A stretch of 64,000 bases of DNA from contig CAWAIK010000001.1 in NCBI GenBank assembly GCA_963782115.1, positions 512,001-576,000 on the forward strand, written 5' to 3'. The translations under genes were made by a program, and so were the position numbers. Of this stretch, positions 30,248 through 41,273 are shown in pieces. Origin of the DNA: an uncultured Verrucomicrobiae bacterium (GTDB lineage Bacteria > Verrucomicrobiota > Verrucomicrobiia > Chthoniobacterales > JAFAMB01). The notes beneath the pieces are model-generated. The model had not been told where the DNA came from. It was given only the letters and a program-made list of their open reading frames with translations, and searched no databases. Each line of letters opens with the position of its first letter. The first letter of the stretch is position 1.

Positions 30248-31426
30248 TTAAGCAGGTAGTCGAATGATTTTGGTTTCCGTTTGCGGAGGCATAAGCGCCC
30301 AGAACGCCAGGGCTTCTGCCTCCTGCGAGCCTCGATGGTAGTGTCTAAACATCGTGTCGACCGAATCGTGGCCGCTCTGGAGCACCAGTTTATTGATGTC
30401 CTTGTGAACGGCTAACCAGTTAGAGCAGTAGGTATGTCTCATACCCGACGGGATCCATTTCTTTATCCCGGCTGCTTGCCAGTTCTTTGTGCGATGGTAT
30501 CTCAGTTCGCTTTCGTTGTAGGTGACGATTTTTCCGGTACCCGAACCGCCGAGGTCGTGGTATGCGACTAACCAGCCTTTAGCGTTCTCGGAAAGATCAG
30601 GAAACCGGCGCCGCCGCGTTTTTGAGACCTCGGGACGGATCACGACAATTCGATCTGTTAAATCGATGTCTGACCAGATCATTTCCTGGATTTCTCCGTC
30701 GGGTCGAATTCCGCAGAAAAAACCGAGTACGAGATAGGGGAGCAAGGGCAAATCATGGCTCAAGGCGTGATGGAGCATTTTTGAAACCTGACTGTTCGGA
30801 ATAATCTCGACTTCGCGCCTGGGGCGGTGAGCAAAATCAAGTCGGTTGATCGGGTTCTCTGAAAGATAATTTCGCTTTAACCCGAAGTTGAAAACTGCGC
30901 GAAGGTAGCGCATCACCGGATTGCGAGCACCGTCGCTCAGTTTCTTAAGGATCTGATCCAAGGTGCGGGCCGTGATGTCGGAGGCGAGCATTGGGTGCAA
31001 CTGCGGGAATCTATCCCGGGTTAAGCGCAATTCTTTTAGATACTGGGGGTCACGAGCCGCTTTCGCATCGAGGAACTGGTTGAACAGATCCAGAAAGGGG
31101 ACTGATTCGGTGCGAGCCTTATGCACAGCCATGCCGGTTCGAACAAGGTCCAGTAGGCTTAGCCCCGTACCCTCAAGAAGGTTGTAGGCCTCACTGGCTT
31201 CGGCGATTCGGGCTGGCGTCATAGTGGATAGGGACACGCCGAAATTATCACGCCGAGCCGTCAGCGTGTCCGCATCCAGGAGCGCAGCCGTTTTGGTGGG
31301 ATAAAAAAGCCGCTGCCGGCTGCCGGTTGACGACAGGTGAGGCGGAATACTCAGGCACCAAGGTGCTTTGCCTTGCGCTTTTCGGGTCTTGATCAGGGTT
31401 GGAATGAGGGGTGCGGTTCGAGCCAT
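30248..31426 (-). CDS. Site-specific tyrosine integrase
   Basis: CGIRPDGEI, VSKTRRRR, GMRHTY, SGHDSVDTMFRHY; likely start MARTAP at 31426 with GGAG-free short leader next to the att site. Confidence 0.9.
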   Translation of the reverse strand: MARTAPLIPTLIKTRKAQGKAPWCLSIPPHLSSTGSRQRLFYPTKTAALLDADTLTARRDNFGVSLSTMTPARIAEASEAYNLLEGTGLSLLDLVRTGMAVHKARTESVPFLDLFNQFLDAKAARDPQYLKELRLTRDRFPQLHPMLASDITARTLDQILKKLSDGARNPVMRYLRAVFNFGLKRNYLSENPINRLDFAHRPRREVEIIPNSQVSKMLHHALSHDLPLLPYLVLGFFCGIRPDGEIQEMIWSDIDLTDRIVVIRPEVSKTRRRRFPDLSENAKGWLVAYHDLGGSGTGKIVTYNESELRYHRTKNWQAAGIKKWIPSGMRHTYCSNWLAVHKDINKLVLQSGHDSVDTMFRHYHRGSQEAEALAFWALMPPQTETKIIRLPA

Positions 31427-31541
31427 ATCGGAGGTTGGGTGCCACTTGGTGCCAGTATTTTTGTGTACTTGTAGGTATTCATTGATACATGTAGCACAAA
31501 TTTCAATAGGAGAAGGCAAAATATCCCTCATGGTTACTGTC

Positions 31542-31593
31542 GACTTAGGATCTGGTGGAGAAATCCTTAGGGGTTCGAGTCCCCTCCTCGGCA
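31542..31593 (+). tRNA. 3' half of tRNA-Leu(TAG); attachment-site remnant, not a full gene
   Basis: GACTTAGGATCTGG anticodon loop, long variable arm, GGGGTTCGAGTCCCC T-arm, TCCTCGGCA acceptor 3' strand; no 5' acceptor or D-arm upstream. Confidence 0.85.
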
Positions 31594-32229
31594 AGTCATT
31601 GGCATACAGGAATATACAAGAGAAGTTGAGTTAAGCTCTCAACTGTTTCTCTCAACAAATGTGAGCGTGTGTCATCATGTTTGAGCTGGCGGTTCTCTGA
31701 TGCAAGACCGGTGAAGGTTGACGAAGTCAACGAACCGAAACTTCGTCTCTTTGAACAAAAATGACTCGAGAATGACGAGAAAAACCGGCGCTTCTTCTTA
31801 AAAGCGTTGCAGGAAGTCATGATCGGCCAGTAGTCGACCTAGAACGGCTTTTTCGCCCCCGCGTTCTTCTCAATGAAGGCTATCGTCCGCTTCTAACCGG
31901 ACTTTGTGGTTGAAACTCGTAAAAGGCGTTGAAAAGGTCTCCCCAACAAAACGTATTTTCTAAACGTTCCGCGCACGCAATGTCACCATTCTTTTCTTCA
32001 TCTTCTGTCACGTCATTATTGAGGTTCAGCGTGCCGACAGTAAATGGCCCGCCGATTAGATAGAGATACGGCGGGGCTACTACCGCCCGCGGCGTTGAAT
32101 GTGGCTGTCGCGCTCAAACTGCTTGGCACTGTGACAGGCGTCCAATCGCTACCACTTTGCGGTACCAGAAGAGGCCTTAAGGGGCGAGTCGCGGCGGCTC
32201 CGCATGCCAGAGGAAATCGAAACGAAGAC

Positions 32230-32690
32230 CTACCGATCGCTTAGCGCAACTTTTCGTTCCATTGCTAACAGGGGCCCCAATTGACGGGCTTCCACCCATT
32301 GCCACGACAGCAGGGCTGGTACGCCAAACATTATTTCCCGCATCCGTTTGATCAGCGCCAGCGACAGCGCGACATCACCGCTCACGCCGGCCACATGGGC
32401 GAACAACATCACGCCAGCCTCATGTACACCCAGCCCTGCGGGAACAATAAATGTTGCGTGGCGCACGGCTTGCGTCAATGCCTCGATCGCAATGGCGGCA
32501 CCGATATCGACCGGATGCCCGAGTAATTTCAGCGCAAACATGTTTCTGCCGAGCCAATCACGTAGCTGGCCAACTGCCAGGCCAGGGTGCTAGGCGCGCC
32601 GGCACCAACAGGAGCAGGAACCAGCCTGCGCGCGCGAAGGCCTGCAGCATGCTCGGCAGGCCTTCGTGTACCACCAGGCCGATCAGATAT
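32230..32690 (-). pseudogene. HpnL/lysylphosphatidylglycerol-synthase-like flippase, internally deleted
   Basis: LIGLVVHEG...AGWFLLLLVP joined to LAWQLASY...IEALTQAVRHATFIVPAGLGVHE...LIKRMRE. Confidence 0.65.
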
Positions 32691-33076
32691 AGGGACGCCG
32701 GGTTCGGAGCCAAACAGGGTGGCGCAAACGTCGCTTGATGGCGCTACAACGTCTTTGATAGATCGGTCATGCCGAAGCCATCTTGTCCGCCTTGGCGATG
32801 GCACTAATCCGTTTCCAGAGCGGAGAGCAACCGCGCCACTTGGACCGGCGACGGGAAATTGGCGCGATCAACTTCTCGCCGGATTGACGGCGTTGGCGCA
32901 ATTCCAACTTTTGTCGACACCGGGAATTTCGGTTCGCCATTCGAAAACAAATCGCCGTTCGGTTACCTTCCCGGCAGCGGTTTCCCTTTTGACGGTGTTG
33001 GATTTTCCGGCCAACTTTTCGGCGCCGGTTTTCGTGGTTTCGGTCGTGTCGGTTTGCTTGGCATTAGTTCCTCTTT

Positions 33077-33690
33077 TTACGCGGTGACCAATTCGGTTGA
33101 TTGCTCTTCGTCGTCAGGATCCGCCCATCTTCGCCGGCCAAGCAACGTCCGGCCTTCGGTGATACCGCTTGCCTCTTCATGCGCGGCTTGATGCCATTGA
33201 CGCAATCCCTGGTAGCGTCGGAAGAATAGCTTCCTGATTTTCTTAGCTTCTTCGAAGGTCAACTCGATTCCGAATTTGGTCCATGCTAGACGCGGAAACC
33301 TTCGGGCATTCTGGCCGTAGAGAAACCCAAAATTGACGGCTTTCGGCAAATCCCTATCCTCGCCGGTGACATCGGCGACAGCTTTACCTAAAACGGCGGC
33401 GGCGGTCGCTCGGTGCAAATCTTCGCCGGCGCCAAACGCCGCAATCATAGCTTCATTTGGGCAATCGACGCGGCGGCGCGCAATTTCATCGAATGATAAT
33501 CGGCGACGATGAACCGCCGGTCTGATCCGCAGGCAACGAAACATTCGCGCAACGGTCCGCGCGGTATGGTTTGCAAAGCCGGACTTGTGCAACTAAACCG
33601 ACCGCTTTCGGCGCCTAACGGATTAAAGTTTGTGTGAAGCCGAGCGTCGCCGGCGGCCTTCGTCGACACTTGATAGTCGTTTATGAGAAA
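33077..33690 (-). pseudogene. Family A DNA polymerase fragment (phage-like)
   Basis: GRFSCTSPALQTIPR, IVADY (motif A), DLHRATA, KAVNFGFLYG (motif B), RTLLGRRR; frameshifted, motif C missing. Confidence 0.8.
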
Positions 33691-34920
33691 TAAGCCGTCG
33701 CTAATCGAAATCTTCGGCGCCCAGCCAGCGCCCTTGATTAATCGGGAACAAACACTCCTAGCTTCTTTGCGCGCCGTTTTGCTGGAAGCTAGCGGAAAAT
33801 TTACGAGCCCGCAGAAATCTCGAGATCTATCGGTAGAACAGCGCTAAACGGGTACCTTTTTCTAAAAAGTTGTACTTGCTTTCAGTATGCCAAAGCGCCC
33901 GCAGGGACGAAGTCCGATCTGCTCTCCTACCTTTGTCTCTAATGGTTGACACGCAGCGTCAAGGTCTTTACTTATGTGTAACAAAAGGCTACATCACCTC
34001 GGCCACACGGCTTCCCCCACAACAATGGTTAACGAGCAACGTCAAGGTTTTCGCTTAGCAGACATCTACGCCCCACGGACCGTCATCCTGTTTTGCCTTT
34101 TTTGGGCCTGGCTCGGTGACGTGGCGTCCATCCAAGCCACCGAACCCACGAACGGCTTTGACGTGTTGGTGGGCACCTATACTTCTGGCAAGAGCAAGGG
34201 CATCTACAGCTTTCGTTTTAATGCCGACACCGGCGACTTGCAACCACTCGCTTCACCAGCCGAGACCGTGAATCCTTCCTACCTCGTGGTGAGCGCAGAC
34301 GAAAAGTTTGTCTATGCGGTCAACGAACTGCATGGCTGTGGCAATGAGCAGGGCGCAGTCAGCGCCTTCCATTTCGATGCGGCATCTGGAGCGTTGACGT
34401 TTATTAACAAGGTTTCGTCCGTTGGTGAGGACCCTTGTTACGTCAGCCTGTCGCCCGACGGCCACAACCTTTTCGTGGCGAACTACAGCAGTGGCAGTCT
34501 GTCTGCCCTGGCTGTGCAGGCGGACGGCTCACTCTCTGGTCCAGTTGAAACGCTTACCCACCTCGGACATGGGCCCAATCCGGAACGTCAGAAGAGCGCG
34601 CACGTGCACATGGTCTTGCCCGCGCCGGACCATGACTTTTTGTTTGCGACCGATCTAGGTGAGGATCGGGTGTACGCCTATCGTTTGGAGCCGCGTAACC
34701 AGGCCTTCCCGTTGCACCCGGCGGAGCCACCGTTTACTGCCGTTACAGCGGGAGTCGGACCTCGGCATTTGGCTTTTGGTCATGATGGCCGGTTTGTCTA
34801 TCTGATTGAGGAAATGGGCGAAGCGATCGTAGTGTTTAAACGCGACGGAGCGCGCTTGGACTCGGTCCAGACGGTACGGGTGGCAGACAAGGAGTGGCCG
34901 GACGACACCGGGGCGGCGGC

Positions 34921-36282
34921 CTATAAGCATATACCTAAGGATTGCATTTTTCGGCCGATTGCGTTACGTCTTTGCAGATGACGCCATCGCAAAGCTTGAT
35001 TGAAGATCAATGGGAGGTCATTCGTCGGTTACTTCCCGATGATCTTGAACAGAGCGCTCGGGATTATGGAGCGATGCGACGGCGGCGAGGACAGGTCAGT
35101 AGCGCAGAGCAACTCTTGCGGCTAATTCTGATGCATGTCGCTGGTGGGCTTTCACTGGAGCAGACGGTCACGCGGGCTCAGGCGCGTGGACTGGCGACTC
35201 TTAACGCGATGGCACTACACAAACGATTGTGCACTTCTTATCAGTGGTTGGAAGCTCTGACCGGCTATTTGCTTCAGGAGATCAAACCGCATCTGCGCCA
35301 AAACGAAGATTGTTGGGGTATCGGCCGTCGGGTGCGGATTCTGGACGCCACTGACGTTCATGAACCGGGTAGCACGGGCAGTAGCTGGCGCATTCATTAC
35401 AGCCTGCGGCTGCCGGAAATGTGCTGCGATTTCTTTGAGCTGACCGATTATCACGGTGCGGAGAGTCTGCGCCGGCTTCCTGTGGAGCCAGGGGATCTGG
35501 TGTTAGTGGATAGAGGCTACAATGATCGCAAGGCGGTGGGCCAAATCTTGGATTGTGGCGGGGAACTTATCATGCGCTACAACAGCGGCGCTTTTCCATT
35601 GCTTAATCCTGCTGGGCATCCTTTTGATCCACTATCAAAATTACGTCCGCTCAAGATTGGACAGGCCGGAGAATGGGAGGTCAAATTTGTGGTGGAGAAC
35701 GGGCGGCAATTGTGCGCCCGGCTTTGCGCGATACGTAAGAGTCCCGAACAGGCCCGACGCGCCCGCGTGAGAGCTGAACGCAAATCAAGGCGTAACAACT
35801 CTCAAGTCCGGCCAGAAACCTTGGAGTATGCCGATTACGTGGTGCTCTTGAGTACCCTGAGCTCTAAGGAGATGAAACTGGCCGTGGTGCTGGAGTTTTA
35901 TCGCGCGCGCTGGCAGGTGGAACTAGCCTTTAAGCGTCTTAAGAGCCTCTTGCAGATGGGACAGGTTCCAAAGAAGAAAGAGGCTTCCTGCCGGGCCTGG
36001 ATGCAAGGCAAGATCTTGACGGCTCTGCTCATCGAACGGCTGCTCTGTGAGGCACGTTTTTTTTCCCCTTGGGGTTACCCACTTTGAACAGCAGAGCCAA
36101 TGGAACGTCTACAAAGAATTCCGCGACGCTTTAATCGTCCAGTTGGCGCTGCCGCTCAATCTAACCGACCTATCTAAGAACCGGACCTTATTCTGTGAGA
36201 ACTTCATGGAGAAGCGCCCCAACCGCCCAAGACAACTGAAACGGGTGCGCGCTGCGCTTAATTTTTAGGTATATGCTTATAG
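34921..36282 (+). mobile_element. IS4-family insertion sequence, 1362 bp
   Basis: Perfect 18-bp IRs CTATAAGCATATACCTAA (34921-34938 and 36265-36282); direct repeat GCGGCGGC at 34913-34920 and 36283-36290. Confidence 0.93.
34978..36087 (+). CDS. IS4-family DDE transposase
   Basis: RILDAT, LVDRGY, YRARWQVELAFKRLKS (YREK signature). Confidence 0.92.
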   Translation: MTPSQSLIEDQWEVIRRLLPDDLEQSARDYGAMRRRRGQVSSAEQLLRLILMHVAGGLSLEQTVTRAQARGLATLNAMALHKRLCTSYQWLEALTGYLLQEIKPHLRQNEDCWGIGRRVRILDATDVHEPGSTGSSWRIHYSLRLPEMCCDFFELTDYHGAESLRRLPVEPGDLVLVDRGYNDRKAVGQILDCGGELIMRYNSGAFPLLNPAGHPFDPLSKLRPLKIGQAGEWEVKFVVENGRQLCARLCAIRKSPEQARRARVRAERKSRRNNSQVRPETLEYADYVVLLSTLSSKEMKLAVVLEFYRARWQVELAFKRLKSLLQMGQVPKKKEASCRAWMQGKILTALLIERLLCEARFFSPWGYPL

Positions 36283-37102
36283 GCGGCGGCCCTGCACCTA
36301 TCTCCGGACGGTAAATTCGTCTACGCTTCCGACCGTGCGAACGCGAACGAGCTGGTAATCTACTCGGTCGATCCGCAGGGCGGCACTCTCATGGCGGTGG
36401 GTCACCAGGCCAGTTTAGGTGTCAAACCTCGGGACTTCTGCATTGATCCGACGGGCAAGTTCCTGGTTGTCGCCAATCAGGACAGCGACAACTTGGTGAT
36501 TTTCAAGCGCGACCTTGAGACCGGCGGCTTGACGTCCACTGGTAAACCGGTGGAAGTGGGTTCACCGGTTTGTGTGCAGGTAGTGCCTGTGCCCTGAGCG
36601 ATCGCCCGCCGACGCTTTGAACGATCGAACAGTTCCGTGGCATCCTGCGCCAGACGGTCAAGCTCGAGGTAATGGCGTGGCGGGTCGAGCCGGCTCAGAG
36701 TCCTGCTCGAAGCCGTACACCTCCGGCAGGATGAATATTGCCGCGAGCACGCCTATCAGAGGACGGATTCGCCACGAAGAGCGTGGCGGCCGCTTGGCCG
36801 ATGGCGTGAACAGGGCCGGTGGCTCGAGTAATTACTTCACGGCCGGGCCGAAACGACCCGCGAGTTCCTTCCACGAAGCTTTTTTTCAACGGTTACTATC
36901 GCCCAGAGGAGCGCGTAGCCTAATTGGATGTTCATGCGGTCACGATTATGCGGTTGGCGATGTGGGCGGTCTGTCCATGCGACAATCAACCTCGGAGCAT
37001 CTCCACGCCGGCAGCCTGCTGTTCTTCAGAGCCGTGAATGTGGGCGTATGTCACCACGCGCAATTGGAAGACCATCGCCACCAATGGGAAAGTGCTGCCG
37101 TC

Positions 37103-38353
37103 ATGACAGAGCATACTGCTGAACAAGTGCGGGAGAAAGTGGATGCCGTTTATCGCTCGGAGTCACGGCGGATCTTTGCGACCCTGATCCGCCTGCTCGG
37201 CGGCTTCGAGCTGGCCGAGGACGCGCTACACGACGCCTTCAGTGCTGCGCTCGAGCGATGGCCGAAGGAGGGCGTGCCCGCGAATCCGCGCGCGTGGCTC
37301 GTTTCGGCGGCCCGATTCAAGGCCATCGACGCGATGAGACGGCGCGCCCGGTTCGATGCGTCGCAGGCGGCTATCGCTGAGCAATTCGGAGCCGAGGCCC
37401 GCGACGCCGCGACCTTTGACGACGAGAGCATGGAGGACGACCGGCTTCGGCTGATCTTTACCTGCTGTCATCCTGCGCTGACGCCGGAAGCTCGCGTGGC
37501 ACTGACGCTGCGGGAGGTCTGCGGCCTGACGACCGAGGAGATTGCGCGCGCGTTCCTCACCCTTCCCTCCGCGCTGGCTCAGCGCATCGTGCGCGCGAAA
37601 GCGAAGATCCGCGATGCGGGGATTCCGTATCAGGTGCCGTCGGCTGCCGAGCTACCGGACCGCTTGAACGCAGTGCTCCAGGTGATTTACCTGGTGTTTA
37701 ACGAGGGATACTTCGCCTCGTCGGGCGAGTCAGTCACGCGGTCCGATCTCTCGGACGAGGCGATCCGTCTGGGGCGGCTGCTGGCCGAGTTGTTACCGGA
37801 GCGGGAGGTGTTAGGACTCCTTGCGTTGATGCTCCTGCAGGAATCGCGTCGCGCCGCGCGGACCTCGTTGACGGGCGACCTGATCTTGCTCGAAGACCAG
37901 GACCGCTCGCTCTGGAATCACGATCAGATTGCGGAAGGAAAGGCGTTGGTGGAGAGGGCGCTGTCGTCGCGCCGGTTAGATCCATACATGCTTCAGGCGG
38001 CAATCGCGGCCGTGCATGCCCAAGCGCCCAACGCTGCGGCCACGGACTGGGCGCAGATTGCCCGACTATACGGCGTGCTGGTGTGTGTGGAACCGTCGCC
38101 CGTGGTGGAGTTGAATCACGCCGTTGCGGTGGCGATGCGCGATGGTCCTGATGCGGGTCTGGCGCTGATCGACGCCATCCTCGCCCGCGGCGATCTAGCC
38201 GATTATCATTTGGCGCACGCGGCGCGAGCGGACTTGTGCCGGCGACTGGGGAGAACGGCGGACGCTCGAGCTTCTTACGAAATGGCGCTCAGCCTCGCTC
38301 GTCAGGAGCCGGAACGGCGGTTCCTCGAACGGCGATTGGCTCAGTTAGACTGA
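37103..38353 (+). CDS. ECF RNA polymerase sigma factor with C-terminal DUF6596/TPR extension (ECF42-like)
   Basis: [53 protein letters not shown]. Confidence 0.9.
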   Translation: MTEHTAEQVREKVDAVYRSESRRIFATLIRLLGGFELAEDALHDAFSAALERWPKEGVPANPRAWLVSAARFKAIDAMRRRARFDASQAAIAEQFGAEARDAATFDDESMEDDRLRLIFTCCHPALTPEARVALTLREVCGLTTEEIARAFLTLPSALAQRIVRAKAKIRDAGIPYQVPSAAELPDRLNAVLQVIYLVFNEGYFASSGESVTRSDLSDEAIRLGRLLAELLPEREVLGLLALMLLQESRRAARTSLTGDLILLEDQDRSLWNHDQIAEGKALVERALSSRRLDPYMLQAAIAAVHAQAPNAAATDWAQIARLYGVLVCVEPSPVVELNHAVAVAMRDGPDAGLALIDAILARGDLADYHLAHAARADLCRRLGRTADARASYEMALSLARQEPERRFLERRLAQLD

Positions 38354-38440
38354 GATGCAGTTTCGTTGTCGATTTGCAGCATCACCGAACGACTAGCTGA
38401 TGAAAGAACAATTCCACCAAACCAACACAAGGAGAAAAAA

Positions 38441-38809
38441 ATGCGATTCATGGTAATAGTCAAAGCCACCAAGTCCTCAGAGGCCGGCGCCCTACCGAGC
38501 GAGCAGCTCCTCGCCCAGATGGGAAAGTTCAACGAAGAGCTGATCAAAGCCGGCGTGCTGCTCGCGGCCGAAGGCCTGCAGGCAAGTTCGAAGGGGGCGC
38601 GGGTAAAGTTCGCGGGGGAGACGCGGATGGTGATCGACGGGCCATTCGCCGAGACAAAGGAGCTGGTCGCCGGTTTCTGGCTATGGAAGTGCGCGTCGCT
38701 GCAAGAGGCGATCGAATGGATCAAGCGCTGTCCCAATCCCATGCCTGGCCAGGAGGCAGAGATCGAGATTCGGCAGGTGTTCGAGCCTGAGGACTTCAGC
38801 CACCCTTGA
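38441..38809 (+). CDS. YciI/DGPF family protein
   Basis: [24 protein letters not shown]. Confidence 0.9.
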   Translation: MRFMVIVKATKSSEAGALPSEQLLAQMGKFNEELIKAGVLLAAEGLQASSKGARVKFAGETRMVIDGPFAETKELVAGFWLWKCASLQEAIEWIKRCPNPMPGQEAEIEIRQVFEPEDFSHP

Positions 38810-38831
38810 AGCCGCAAATCAGGAGAAAAAT

Positions 38832-39221
38832 ATGAGATACTTCTGCCTTGGATACATCGAAGAGAAGAAGTGGGACACGATGTCTGAAAGCGAGCGCAAC
38901 GCCATGTTGGATGAGTGCTTTGCCTACGACGACGTATTGCGGAAGAACGGTCACTTTGCCGGCGGGGAAGCACTCCAAAGCGCTCGGAACGCCATCACGC
39001 TGCGATGGCAGAACGGCAAGGTGTCCACCACCGATGGCCCATATGCCGAGACGAAAGAGCAGTTGGGCGGAATCCTCGTGCTCGAAGCCACAGACCTGAA
39101 TCACGCAATCCAGTTAATGTCGAAGCATCCGGGTGTGAAGGCGGGCCCCTTCGAGATTCGCCCGGTTGCGGACTTGACCGAGATGATCCGAGAAAGTGAA
39201 CAGCGGCGTGCGGGAGCCTAG
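38832..39221 (+). CDS. YciI/DGPF family protein
   Basis: [21 protein letters not shown]. Confidence 0.9.
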   Translation: MRYFCLGYIEEKKWDTMSESERNAMLDECFAYDDVLRKNGHFAGGEALQSARNAITLRWQNGKVSTTDGPYAETKEQLGGILVLEATDLNHAIQLMSKHPGVKAGPFEIRPVADLTEMIRESEQRRAGA

Positions 39222-39252
39222 CCTGCATTTTTCACAAACCCTGGAAACGTCA

Positions 39253-39576
39253 CTACAGCGTGTTTGCTCCGCATTTAAGTCCAATCGTCCTCCGAGCCGC
39301 TTCCCAAGCGGCTCTACAGCGCGAAAATCTCACAAGCGCTTGGGCTTGTGAGATTTTCGGGCTAGCCCGAAAAGAACACGCAAAAGCCGAAGCGATGAGC
39401 TCATTGAGCTTGACCTTCTGACGATTACGCTCAAAAAGCTTAACTTTGAGTTCAGACTCCAAATCGCGGATCTGGCGGCTAAGTGGAGGCTGGAAAACGT
39501 CTAAACGCTCGGCAGCACGCGAGAAGTTTAGTTCCTCGGCAACGGCAATGAAATAGCGCAAGTGACGTAATTCCAT
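39253..39576 (-). pseudogene. LysR regulator, HTH only
   Basis: [25 protein letters not shown]...LFER; similarity ends near aa 58. Confidence 0.8.
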
Positions 39577-39861
39577 GGGTGTTTCGACTCCCGGCTGGAC
39601 CGTAATACCTTTTGGGAATCACGTCAGGTCTAAAAGAGTATTTCCGTGAAAGGAGTGGTCGCGCCATGGTCCTTGCGTGGCTCCGATTTCAGTAGCGCCA
39701 ATCATGGATTTGTTCGGCCGATTTTCGAGTCCAGCTGTTCCGGACGAAAGACCGGCATTGTATCAGAGATCCTTGAAGCCGCTCTGATCAGGCCCATGCA
39801 AGAGTTATCCAAGACATTTTTGAAACATTGGTCTGAGGACACTTAAGAAGAGATTGGTAGA

Positions 39862-40782
39862 ATGTATGAAATTATGAAAGCAATTGTGATCCATGGCTAC
39901 GGCGGCCCTGAGGTATTGAGGTACCAGGACTATCCAGACCCAGTTCCAGGTGTAGGAGAGGTGCTGGTGCGGGTGGCTGCATCGAGCGTCAACCCGTTCG
40001 ATTTCAAGATCCGGTCCGGTTCCCTTAAGGACTTTTTCTCTCTGACTTTCCCAGCGATTCTTGGGCTGGATGTTTCGGGGACGGTCGAGTCCGTAGGTCC
40101 GGGAGTAACAACGTTTGCGCGTGGCGACAAGGTCTTTGCCCATGCGTCCCAAACGTACGCCGCACTCTGCGTAGTGAAAGCAACGGATCTGGCGAAAATC
40201 CCGGAGGGAGCGGACGTAGTTGATATCGCCGCTCTCCCTACGGTGACGACAACGGGAGCGCAGTTAGCTTCTCTCGCCCTGGGAGGAAGATCCGGTGCGA
40301 CCGTGCTCGTAACCGGTGCTGCCGGCAACGTGGGTCGATCGGCGGTCTATAGGGCGAAGAGTCGCGGGGCACGAGTCATCGCGGGCGTCCTGAAGAGACA
40401 AGTTACCCAGGCACAAGCCGCCGGGGCAGATAGTGTGGTTGCGTTAGACGATGCCGAGGCAGTGAAAGCTTTGGATGCGGTCGATGCAGTCGCGGATACG
40501 GTCGGCGGCCAAACCGCTGATGAAGTGATCAAGAAAATCAAACAGGGCGGAGTCTTCGCTTCTGTTTTGGGGCCGCCCAGCAACGCCGCAAGCTATCCAA
40601 CGGTGGAGGTGAAGCCGATGCAGGTCACTCCCGAACCCGCCGTCCTTCTTGCGATGGCTGAGGCCGTGCAAAAAGGAGCGTTCTCGATCCCTTTGGGTCA
40701 GAGGTTTCCGCTGAAGGATGCCGGCAAGGCACACGCAGCTGCCGAGAAGGGCGGCGCGGGAAAAATTCTTCTACTGGTGTAA
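39862..40782 (+). CDS. NADP-dependent oxidoreductase (MDR/QOR family)
   Basis: YGGPEVL, SVNPFD, ILGLDVSGTV, VTGAAGNVG, GKILL. Confidence 0.9.
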   Translation: MYEIMKAIVIHGYGGPEVLRYQDYPDPVPGVGEVLVRVAASSVNPFDFKIRSGSLKDFFSLTFPAILGLDVSGTVESVGPGVTTFARGDKVFAHASQTYAALCVVKATDLAKIPEGADVVDIAALPTVTTTGAQLASLALGGRSGATVLVTGAAGNVGRSAVYRAKSRGARVIAGVLKRQVTQAQAAGADSVVALDDAEAVKALDAVDAVADTVGGQTADEVIKKIKQGGVFASVLGPPSNAASYPTVEVKPMQVTPEPAVLLAMAEAVQKGAFSIPLGQRFPLKDAGKAHAAAEKGGAGKILLLV

Positions 40783-41273
40783 CCGGTTGGCGGCGGGCCT
40801 CCCCCAAACATGATTGGGTTCCCCAATTGGTTAAAGGCATTCGGGTAACCACTCCAACAGTAAAATAAGAGAGCGCCGTCAACATCTGTGTCTATGAGAC
40901 TGCTTTAATTGACAAAATTCGCGCAGCGTTTCCCGATACCACCATCCTGCTGACCGTTGACGGCTTAAATAGTTCGACGCTGGAAGCGAGCGTTGCGGTG
41001 AAGAAACTTGAAGCTGCCGGATACTAGATTTGTTCAAAGCATTCAGACCACACTGTCGACGGACCGGGTAACCGCAACTGTCGAAAAGAATCTCCCACCT
41101 CTGACGATCGAGATCGAGTTGCGAGGGGCAGAGATGGCCAAATATCTCGCTGGCGTTGTGCCCCTGGAGTTGCTTCACAGTATGGAGATCGTCTTGCAGA
41201 GGTATGGTGATCCACGAGCAAGTGCAGCCCTGTTAAATTAAGAGCCTACCTCAGACGCGAGCCGACAGTCTTC

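Larger units (their letters stand above)
34024..36597 (+). pseudogene. pgl: Lactonase family (6-phosphogluconolactonase-like) gene interrupted by IS4
   Basis: VGTYT, NPSYL, VANYSSG, RQKSAHVH, DLGEDR, GPRH before the IS; AALHLSPDGKFVYASDR...PRDF...VANQDSD after it. Confidence 0.85.

Noticed and set aside
31500..31593. Complete functional tRNA-Leu gene
   Set aside because: No 5' acceptor strand or D-arm, and only 2 bp of the anticodon stem can pair.
31427..31594. 56-aa N-terminal extension of the integrase (MPRRGLEPLRISPPDPKS...)
   Set aside because: This is the antisense translation of the tRNA fragment; the real start is more likely at 31426.
36617..37102. 162-aa N-terminal extension of the ECF sigma factor
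   Set aside because: Not protein-like; family similarity starts at MTEH (37103), and the opposite strand holds a transporter-like scrap.
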